DNA of 64,000 nucleotides from an uncultured Rhodobacterales bacterium (GTDB lineage Bacteria > Pseudomonadota > Alphaproteobacteria > Rhodobacterales > Rhodobacteraceae): the NCBI GenBank assembly GCA_963976645.1, contig CAXBLK010000002.1, positions 10,159 to 74,158 of the forward strand, in the 5' to 3' direction. Below the pieces are notes generated by a model. It was given only the letters and a program-made list of their open reading frames with translations, was not told the DNA's origin and made no database searches. Numbering within the stretch: the stretch's first letter is position 1; each line of letters opens with the position of its first letter. Position numbers and translations under genes: made by a program. Below are positions 51,063 to 58,835 of this stretch, piece by piece.

Positions 51063-52364
51063 TCAGAACAGACCCATAGCCACGCCCGCCACCGCCACAC
51101 CGGCAATCAGGATGGCCAGCCCGGCCCCCCAGATCATCCGCCGTCGGCGCCGTTCCTGAACGGGCATGGTGTAGGGAATGCTGATAACCGGGCGCAGTTG
51201 CAGATCGCGCTCCACCCGCTGCGCGCTGCGCATCACGGGTTTGAGCCACTCCATCGCATAGGCCACGAACAGCCCCAGCCCGATCCCGGCAATCAACCCG
51301 ATCAGCGCCACCTTCTTGCGGCTGGTCGAGATGGGATATTCGGGCACCAGCGCGCGTTCAAGCAGCTCGAAGCGTTCCGATTGCTGATCCACCTCGATGC
51401 GAGAGCTCAATTCGGCCTCGCGGCGGCGATCGGCGGCGGTGGTCAATTGTGTCTGCAACTGCTCCATCCGGCGGTTCAGGGCAATCAATTGCTGTTCGAT
51501 CGCCGGGGCGGCCTGAAGCGCGGCCTGAATCTCGCCGATCCGCGTGTTGATGACCCCGGCCTGCTGGGTCAGTTGCTCGATTTCGTCGGTCAATTGCGTT
51601 GCGCGGCGGCGCATGACAACCCGCTGCGAGCTGCTATCCTGCCCGGCCAGTTCATTGCGCCGGGCGCTGATTTCCTGCTGGATCTGCAAAAGATCGTCGG
51701 CCAGCCTGCCCCTTTCGGCCCGCTGAATGGCGACGGCGGCGGGCAGATAGGCCTCGTTCTCGCTGCGATAGGTGGCGATCCGGGTTTCCAGATCGGCGAT
51801 TCCCACTTCCAGCCGCGCTTCCTCGGCGCTGAAGAATTCCAGCGCCTGCCGCGCGTCGCTTTGCCGGTCGCTGACGCTTTCGCGCACCAGCGCATCGGCC
51901 AGGTCATTGGCGATCGCGGCGGCAAGCTGCGGCTCGCCATTCGACGCCGACACGATCAGCGCCGACAGCGACCCATCGCGCGAAAACCCCTGCTGGGCGG
52001 CGGCGATGGCGCTGATGCTGAAGGCTTCGCGCATCATGGCCACCTGCTCAGCCGGGCGGATCGCGGCGCCCGCGAACAGGTCAAAGCGGTCCGCAAGATC
52101 CAGCAGCGCCTCGCGCGACATCAGCCGCTGTTCGATGATCTGAACGCGGCGGGTCACATCCGGCGGCGTGACGCCAGTGCCGTCCTCGCCCACCGCGACA
52201 ACCGGATTGATGACCTGGATCACGGCGCTGGCCGAATAGACCCGCTCGGTCCGCATGGCCATGACCAGCCCGACCACGGCACCCAGCGCGGTGATCGCCA
52301 CAATCACCTGCCAGCGGCGGGTGAGCCAGCTGATCAGTTCATGGAGGGTCTGGATCGGTCCCAT
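51063..52364 (-). CDS. Polysaccharide co-polymerase (Wzz/GumC/Wzc N-terminal-like)
   Basis: N-terminal TM (RRWQVIVAITALG), YSASAVIQV, long coiled coil, ERFELLERALVPEYP followed by C-terminal TM segments. Confidence 0.85.
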   Translation of the reverse strand: MGPIQTLHELISWLTRRWQVIVAITALGAVVGLVMAMRTERVYSASAVIQVINPVVAVGEDGTGVTPPDVTRRVQIIEQRLMSREALLDLADRFDLFAGAAIRPAEQVAMMREAFSISAIAAAQQGFSRDGSLSALIVSASNGEPQLAAAIANDLADALVRESVSDRQSDARQALEFFSAEEARLEVGIADLETRIATYRSENEAYLPAAVAIQRAERGRLADDLLQIQQEISARRNELAGQDSSSQRVVMRRRATQLTDEIEQLTQQAGVINTRIGEIQAALQAAPAIEQQLIALNRRMEQLQTQLTTAADRRREAELSSRIEVDQQSERFELLERALVPEYPISTSRKKVALIGLIAGIGLGLFVAYAMEWLKPVMRSAQRVERDLQLRPVISIPYTMPVQERRRRRMIWGAGLAILIAGVAVAGVAMGLF

Positions 52365-52377
52365 CGCGGATCCCCCG

Positions 52378-53271
52378 TCAGAACCGGCGCCGCGCGCGGC
52401 GCCGCGTGTCGCTGTCTTCGGATTTGTTCAGGGCGACGCCCAGCAACGGCACCTGCCCGTCCAGCAGGCGTTCGCATTCCATGATGTCGGCGGCGGTGCT
52501 GCTGGTCCCGTCCGAGATCAGCAGGACGGCGTCCAGTTGCGCCAGCAGCGCCTGTGCCGCCTGGTCCTGCAACAGCGGCGGCATGTCCAGCACCGTCACG
52601 TCCGGGGCCAGCGCATCCATCATCGCCCGCAACGCCAGAATCGCGTCCGGCGATTGCAGCAACTCGGCGCCGTAATCGATCGGCACGCCGTTCAGCGCGA
52701 TTGCCAGATTGTCTCCGATCCGCAACAGATGGTCCAGCGGATCCCGTGCGCCGGTCAGAACATCCTCCAGCGCACCGGGCGCGGGCGTGTCGATCAGCTC
52801 GGCAAGGCCGGGATCCTCCAGATCGGCGTCGATCAGAAGCACGCGCAGCGTGTCCAGCCGCGCCATGCTGGCGGCCAGACCGGCGGCGACAAAGCTGCGC
52901 CCCGCCCCGCGCGCCGGCGAGGTCACACCGATGCGGCGCCAGTCATTGGATTTCAGAACCCGGGTCAATTGCGTGCGCAACTGGTCGAAGGCATCGCCGG
53001 GCCCGGTGTGCCGGTCGAAGGGCGGCACCAGGCCCGCGCGCGTCGCCAGGTCCGACAGCGAATGATCCAGCCGCGGCAAGGCGCCCCAGGCGTCCTCGAC
53101 GGCCAGCCGACGCGGGCCGGCGCGGGTGCTCCCGCGGTCGCCGGGCTCCAGGCGGCCTTGCAGCATCGGTGCGTGGCTGATCGGACGTGCCGGCGGCGTC
53201 GGCTCCTGATCGGGGCCGGCGCTGCGCCATCCCAGGCGTTGTTCCAAGATACGGGTGTTGACCATACTCAT
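52378..53271 (-). CDS. CpsD/CapB-family BY-kinase homologue (Walker A has Arg instead of Lys)
   Basis: AFDQLRTQL, IGVTSPARGAGRS, LLIDADL, VLDMPP and LLGVALNK. Confidence 0.85.
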   Translation of the reverse strand: MSMVNTRILEQRLGWRSAGPDQEPTPPARPISHAPMLQGRLEPGDRGSTRAGPRRLAVEDAWGALPRLDHSLSDLATRAGLVPPFDRHTGPGDAFDQLRTQLTRVLKSNDWRRIGVTSPARGAGRSFVAAGLAASMARLDTLRVLLIDADLEDPGLAELIDTPAPGALEDVLTGARDPLDHLLRIGDNLAIALNGVPIDYGAELLQSPDAILALRAMMDALAPDVTVLDMPPLLQDQAAQALLAQLDAVLLISDGTSSTAADIMECERLLDGQVPLLGVALNKSEDSDTRRRARRRF

Positions 53272-53386
53272 CCTCTGACCGCCGTTCTGGCGGATCTGCG
53301 CCCTATGCTACGCCCGTGATGACGCAAAACCCTGTCACAAATAGGGCAAAACAGCGAAGATTGCGCCCCGTCGCGCAACAGCAGGC

Positions 53387-54733
53387 CTAGAGAGCAAAGA
53401 CCTGCGCCAGCTGCGCGCCATGCAGCAGCAGGACCAGGCCCAGCAGTCCGGCCGCCAGGGCCGCCATGATCGCGTCATGCAGCGGATCCCAGGCGCCATG
53501 CCTGCGCGCCAGCCGCACTTGCAGCGGATAGCTGAGCAGCGCGGTCGAGGCCATGGCCAATGGCGCGCCGGGCAGGCCCATCATCGGCACCAGAATGACC
53601 AGCAGGATCACCAGCATCACCGCGCGCGCGGCGTTCAGCGCGAAGAACCCGCGCGAATCACCCGAGGCCAGCGCCACCTGGTCATAGGTCAGGCCCAGCA
53701 TTTGCGGCAGCAGCGCCAGGCTGACGATGGTCGTCACCGCGCCCGAGGTCGCGTAGCGCGCATCATAGAGGAAATCGACGATATAGATCCCACCCAGCGC
53801 CAGCGGAGCGACGCCGCCGATCAGGAACAGCGACAGCATGAACCGGATGCGGCGCAGGCGCGCGAAATTTTCGGCCGAGTCCCTTGGCGGGCTGGCGCGG
53901 TAGATGGGGATCATCAGCCGCTGCACCAGCAACTGACCCAGCATCAAGGGAAACCCGGCCAGAAAGAAGCCGATGTTGTAAAGGCCCAGTTCCTCAAGCG
54001 TCAGGTAGTGACCCAGAATCAGCTTGTCGCTTTGCAGCACGATGAAACCGGCCACGGTGCTGAAGAAGATCCAGCGGCCATAACGCACCAGTTCGCTGGC
54101 CGAAGCGCGTTCCAGACGCAGCCGGTTGGAGATCCCCGGCAGCATGACCCAGGCCAGACCGGCGCGGGCGCCAGCGGCCACCACATTGCCGATCACCAGC
54201 GCCCAGATCGAACCGGTGATCCATGCCAGGATCAGCATCACGGTGATGCTGATGACCTGCGCCGACATCTCCATGAGCGTGACGCGTCCCAGGGCCATGT
54301 GCCGCGACGCGGTTTCGGCGCGCGTCGGCTCCAGCGCGAGCAGCAAGATGCTGGTGGCAGCGACCGGGATCAGTTGAAACAGGATCGGTTCCTGGTAGAA
54401 CCAGGCCATCGGCCAGGCCAGCGCCGAGGCGGCAAGGAACAGGACCACGGCGCGGACGATGTTCAGTGTCCAGGCCGTGTTCAGAAACGCCGGATCATCG
54501 CCGCGCTTTGAGCTTTGAATGGCGGGCTGGATGCCCAGATCGGACAGCATCGTCAGACCGATCAGCAAAACCGTGACCAGCGCCATGGTGCCGAAGGCTT
54601 CCGGGAACAGCAGCCGCGCCAGGATCAGGTTCGATCCGAAGCGGATCGCCTGCTGCGCGCCAAAACCCATGATGGTAAATGCCGACGACCGCATGATGCG
54701 GCTCATCAGGCCGCCGGAACCGGGTGTGCTCAT
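53387..54733 (-). CDS. Wzx-like oligosaccharide flippase
   Basis: LILARLLFPEAFG, SDLGI, LNTAWTL, QSDKLILG and LGLYNIG, with ~12 hydrophobic segments. Confidence 0.88.
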   Translation of the reverse strand: MSTPGSGGLMSRIMRSSAFTIMGFGAQQAIRFGSNLILARLLFPEAFGTMALVTVLLIGLTMLSDLGIQPAIQSSKRGDDPAFLNTAWTLNIVRAVVLFLAASALAWPMAWFYQEPILFQLIPVAATSILLLALEPTRAETASRHMALGRVTLMEMSAQVISITVMLILAWITGSIWALVIGNVVAAGARAGLAWVMLPGISNRLRLERASASELVRYGRWIFFSTVAGFIVLQSDKLILGHYLTLEELGLYNIGFFLAGFPLMLGQLLVQRLMIPIYRASPPRDSAENFARLRRIRFMLSLFLIGGVAPLALGGIYIVDFLYDARYATSGAVTTIVSLALLPQMLGLTYDQVALASGDSRGFFALNAARAVMLVILLVILVPMMGLPGAPLAMASTALLSYPLQVRLARRHGAWDPLHDAIMAALAAGLLGLVLLLHGAQLAQVFAL

Positions 54734-54945
54734 GATTGCTGCGTCTGCCAAAACAAGGGTCTTTCCTGATAATTGCACCGATTCGACGGCGGGCAACCGC
54801 CAGAGTTCTGGCCGTTTTCCCTGATTTGCCCGCCAAATGAGGCAATGTTGTGACATCGGCGCGCCTTGGCTTTTCCGCGCCGGTTACTTGAATTCGCCAG
54901 ATTTGCTCCGTAGCGCTGGGCACGCAAAAACGAACAGGTGCCTGC

Positions 54946-56166
54946 GTGAAAGTCGGATACATCCTTAATACCTACCCGTCGCCGTCGCACAGTTTCATCC
55001 GCCGCGAGATGCTTGCGCTGGAGCGGCTCGGCGTGGCGGTGCACCGGTTTGCGATGCGGCCTTTCGACGGGTCGCTGTCGGATGCCGGCGATCAGGACGA
55101 GGCCGCAAGGACGGAATATGTGCTGGCGCGCGGCGTGCTGGCGATGATCTGGGCGGTGTTCGTGAACGGTTTGCGGGCACCGACGCGGATTTACAGCGCG
55201 CTGGGCCTTGCGCTTCGGGCGTCTCGCGGGTCCGAGGCCGGGGTGTTCAAGCATCTGGTCTATTATCTTGAGGCCGCATTGGTTGCGCGCCGCGTGGTCG
55301 AGGAAAACATTGACCGCGTTCACGCGCATTTCGGCACCAACGCGGCAACGGTGGCGATGCTGGCGGCGGAAATGACCGGGCGGCAATTCAGCTTCACGGT
55401 GCATGGCCCCGAGGAATTCGACAAGCCCGCCGCCATCGCCCTGCCCCTGAAGATCAGGCGCGCGGATTTCGTCGTGGCGATCAGTTCGTATGGGCGCAGC
55501 CAGCTGTGCCGGCTGGTAAGCCACCGCCATTGGGCGCGGATCCGTGTGGTGCATTGCGGGATCGAGCCGCAGAACTACACCGCCGCGCGCCCGATGCCGC
55601 CCGCGCGCCCGCTGACGCTGGTCAATATCGGGCGCTTTGCCGAACAAAAGGGCCAGTTGCTGCTGATCGAGGCGATGGCCGAAATCGTGCGCCGGGGTGT
55701 CGATGCCCGTCTGGTGCTGGTCGGCGATGGCGAGTTGCGCACCCCGGTCGAACGCGCGATTTCCCATGCCGGGCTGGGGCATCATGTGGAACTGGCGGGC
55801 TGGTTGGATGAAGCTGGCGTGCGCCGCGCGCTGGAAGAAGCCCATGCGCTGGTCTTGCCGTCTTTTGCCGAGGGGCTGCCGATGGTGGTCATGGAGGCCA
55901 TGGTCACGGCCCGCCCGGTCATTGCCACCTGGATCGCCGGCGTGCCCGAACTGATGCAGCACGGGCGCACCGGATGGCTGGTGCCCGCGGGCGATGTGGC
56001 CGCGCTGGTCGAGGCGATCACCGAGATGAGCGCCACCGATGGCGAGACCCTGCGCCGGATGGGCACGACCGGGCGGGCCCGGGTCTTGCAGCGCCACAAT
56101 ATCGATACCGAAGCCGCGAAGCTGGCCGGGTTCTTCGCTCAGCGGCCGCGCACCCAGCCGCGTTGA
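54946..56166 (+). CDS. Glycosyltransferase family 4 (WcaL-like)
   Basis: GYILNTYP..SHSFIRRE, HAHFGTN, FTVHGPEEF, GRFAEQKG and SFAEGLPMVVMEAM (E-x7-E). Confidence 0.92.
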   Translation: MKVGYILNTYPSPSHSFIRREMLALERLGVAVHRFAMRPFDGSLSDAGDQDEAARTEYVLARGVLAMIWAVFVNGLRAPTRIYSALGLALRASRGSEAGVFKHLVYYLEAALVARRVVEENIDRVHAHFGTNAATVAMLAAEMTGRQFSFTVHGPEEFDKPAAIALPLKIRRADFVVAISSYGRSQLCRLVSHRHWARIRVVHCGIEPQNYTAARPMPPARPLTLVNIGRFAEQKGQLLLIEAMAEIVRRGVDARLVLVGDGELRTPVERAISHAGLGHHVELAGWLDEAGVRRALEEAHALVLPSFAEGLPMVVMEAMVTARPVIATWIAGVPELMQHGRTGWLVPAGDVAALVEAITEMSATDGETLRRMGTTGRARVLQRHNIDTEAAKLAGFFAQRPRTQPR

Positions 56167-56963
56167 CGTCCCCATCCGGCGCGCACCGCCAGGGTGACCG
56201 CCGCATAAGTGCCAAACCCCAGGGGGTCGCGCAGCAACTGGCGCAGCAACCAGCCCTTGCCGGGGCTGTCCTTGCCTTCATTGGCCAACAATTCAGGCTC
56301 TAACCCGGCCAATTCGGCCACACCCTGATCCTGTCGCCGCCGCACGCGCACCAGCGGCGCGAATCCTTCGACCATGGGCCAGTCATAGGATGCCGGGACC
56401 TTCTCGCGCTCGGCCGGGGTAAACTGGATGCGCACAAAGGTGTCGTCTGAAATGATCGGCGGAAACCGCCCCCAGCGCGCGCGCCCCGCCGCGTTCACGG
56501 CGTAAAGGCCAAACCCCGGCACCCCCTGCGCGACAAACGGCAACCGCACCCAGAACCGGGCATAGGCGCGGGTGATCCACGAGCGCGCGGTGACGCGGGG
56601 CGTGCCGGACGCATAACGCGCCGCATCGCCCCCCAGGGCCTGCGCGATCTGCGCCAGCAAGTGCGGCGAGACGATCACATCGGCATCCAGATAGGCGCGC
56701 GCGCCATGCCGCGCGGCATCATCGCCCGCGTTCAGCGCGCCGGGCTTGCCCAGCGCGGGCAGATCCAGGACGATCAGGTGCCAACCTTTGTCCGCGGCTT
56801 GCCGGGCGAAGGCCTTGGCGCGCGCCACCGTGTCATCGGTGCAGCCATTGGCGGCAACGATCACCTGCGCCCCCGTCACCCCGCCCGACGCAAACACCGC
56901 CGTCAGGCAGGCGTCGATATAGCCGCCCTCGTTGCAGGCGGGGATGATGATGCTCAGGCTCAT
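56139..56963 (-). CDS. Glycosyltransferase family 2
   Basis: IIIPACNEG, NGCTDDT, GKPGALN, YLDAD and ISDD. Confidence 0.88.
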   Translation of the reverse strand: MSLSIIIPACNEGGYIDACLTAVFASGGVTGAQVIVAANGCTDDTVARAKAFARQAADKGWHLIVLDLPALGKPGALNAGDDAARHGARAYLDADVIVSPHLLAQIAQALGGDAARYASGTPRVTARSWITRAYARFWVRLPFVAQGVPGFGLYAVNAAGRARWGRFPPIISDDTFVRIQFTPAEREKVPASYDWPMVEGFAPLVRVRRRQDQGVAELAGLEPELLANEGKDSPGKGWLLRQLLRDPLGFGTYAAVTLAVRAGWGRQRGWVRGR

Positions 56964-58642
56964 GGGGCGGTTGCCTCCATCAGCGCGTCCCAGCGCGGAT
57001 TGCTGTCATCAAGATGCCGCAGCGCGCCCCAGCTGCCCCAGACCGAAGGCTGGCCGATATCGATATAGGCGCTGAACGGCGCGTCGGTCAGGGTTTTCCA
57101 CCCGGCGATCAGCGCGCGATACAGATCGCCCATCTGCGCCGAGTAATTCAGCGCGGTGAAAAACGCCACCAGGTCGGCGTCGTCCTGGGCTTCGGGGCGC
57201 ACGGTCACATGGGTGCCGCCCTCATACATCACCAGCGCAAGGTCATAGGACCGGGCGACCGCGGCCTGGTAGGTCAGCGTGCGGTCGATCAGGTCACGGA
57301 CCGAATTTTCCGGATTGCCCGAAACCGATCCGTCCAGCAAGTCCCGCCCGGCAAGATCCAGCGCCAGATCGAACCGGGTCTCGGCCAGATAGGCGTCGCG
57401 CGCGTCGCCCGTCAGCCCCAGATCGTCGGCGCGCGATTCCGCGTCCGCGCGGCTTTGCGCCAGCCAGCCGCGGATCATCGGCAGCTTTTCTTCGGTATGC
57501 AGTTCGGAAGAAAAATATCCGGTCACGGCAACAGCGTCGAAGAACTCATACGGGGGGCGATTGGTTGGATCCTCGGCGACGAAATCGGGCGCCTCCAGCA
57601 TGTCGTTCTCCAATCCCAGCCAGCCGGTGAACAGGCCCAGCACCCGCACCCGGCGCTCGGGCGCGTCGGCATAGACATCGTCGATGATGCGCATCACCTC
57701 GGCGGCGCGGACGGCGCCGTATTGGACCCAGGCCCAGTCCCGGTTCCAGCGCGCCTGAGCCGCCTGTTCCGCCCAGTCGGCCTGGGCAAAGCTCCAGTTC
57801 CAGATCTCGTTGGAAAATTCGAACCAGCCGCGCAAGCCCGGGCGCAGCCCGTCATGCACCATCAGCGCAAATTGCGCGACATAGTCATCATCCGCCAGAT
57901 GGGGCAGGGTGAACCACGGCTCGGCGCCGGTGTCATTGGCCAGCTGGATCATGATTTCCAGCGGCACCCCGCGCCGCGCCCAGCTATAATCGGCCACCCG
58001 TGCGCGCTGATCCCAGGTGCTGACCTCGGAATTGTTGGTCAGCATCCAGTCCATGAAGCGGAATTGTTCGGCATCGCCGATGCGCGCCAGCCAATCGGGG
58101 TTGAAGACCGCGCCGTCGGCAAAGGCTTGCAGGTTGCGCTCGTGGACGACCCTCAGGTTGCGCACGCTGCCACGGTTGAACTCGATGATCACACCGCCAT
58201 TGCCCGGCTCGAAATCGAAACTGGCCGCGTTGTCGCCGAAGCGGACATTGCGCGCGGCGCCGGAAAACCCCAGATAGGCGGTGCCTTCCCAGGTCGCATA
58301 CCAGCGCCCGGCGGTCGAGGTCATGCCGGCCGGCAGATCCACCAGCACCGAGGTGGACAGCCGCCGCGCGGTGCGCGGCACGCCGGTGGGCCAGCCGTTT
58401 TCGTCCAGCACCCCGGCCTCGAACAGCGCGGCCTCGTCCAGGCCGCCCCACTGGCCGGGCAGATGCCCGATCCAGCGGGTGGCGTTGCGCATCGCATCGA
58501 TGAACGGCAGTTCGGTGGACCAGCCGACGACCTCGGCCAGGTTCAGCGCCAGCGCGCGCCGCCCCTCGCGCGGGGCCACATCAACCTGCGCCGCGGCCGC
58601 CAGCGGCCAGAGCAGGGTCATCAGGATCAGGATCAGTCTCAT
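56960..58642 (-). CDS. Secreted protein, putative clan GH-A-like glycoside hydrolase
   Basis: Sec signal peptide (MRLILILMTLLWPLAAAA-Q), FRFMDW, FEFSNEIWN (NE acid/base-like) and MYEGG (nucleophile-like). ATGA-coupled to the GT2 gene. Confidence 0.6.
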   Translation of the reverse strand: MRLILILMTLLWPLAAAAQVDVAPREGRRALALNLAEVVGWSTELPFIDAMRNATRWIGHLPGQWGGLDEAALFEAGVLDENGWPTGVPRTARRLSTSVLVDLPAGMTSTAGRWYATWEGTAYLGFSGAARNVRFGDNAASFDFEPGNGGVIIEFNRGSVRNLRVVHERNLQAFADGAVFNPDWLARIGDAEQFRFMDWMLTNNSEVSTWDQRARVADYSWARRGVPLEIMIQLANDTGAEPWFTLPHLADDDYVAQFALMVHDGLRPGLRGWFEFSNEIWNWSFAQADWAEQAAQARWNRDWAWVQYGAVRAAEVMRIIDDVYADAPERRVRVLGLFTGWLGLENDMLEAPDFVAEDPTNRPPYEFFDAVAVTGYFSSELHTEEKLPMIRGWLAQSRADAESRADDLGLTGDARDAYLAETRFDLALDLAGRDLLDGSVSGNPENSVRDLIDRTLTYQAAVARSYDLALVMYEGGTHVTVRPEAQDDADLVAFFTALNYSAQMGDLYRALIAGWKTLTDAPFSAYIDIGQPSVWGSWGALRHLDDSNPRWDALMEATAP

Positions 58643-58835
58643 GCCGGGGGCTCCGTTTGCACGCCGTGGCAGGGGTCAGCGCGGCTCACCGGCGCTGCGG
58701 GTGCCGATCCTTGCACAATTCTTGATCCCGCGGGGCTTCGCGGGGCGCCATACCCCGATTTTGGACGGACTTTGCTCGACATTCCACAGTTTTTTCTTAC
58801 TAGTTGAAGATGTTGGAACGTGAACGGGTCTTTGT

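Larger units (their letters stand above)
50065..51376. repeat. Exact tandem direct duplication, 2 x 656 bp (50065-50720 and 50721-51376)
   Basis: The two copies read identically by eye, and ORF-track entries recur at +656 (50122/50778, 50144/50800, 50398/51054). The flanks mismatch immediately at both ends. Confidence 0.95.

Noticed and set aside
50065-51376. The duplication as an IS/transposon or CRISPR-like structure
   Set aside because: The unit is made only of host idi and wzz sequence, with no transposase, no target-site duplication and no repeat-spacer periodicity. The 5-bp terminal inversion is too short to call a TIR.
58762-58776. Possible sigma54 promoter TGGACGGACTTTGC upstream of the GT at 58836
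   Set aside because: The GG-to-GC spacing is one base shorter than the strict -24/-12 requirement.
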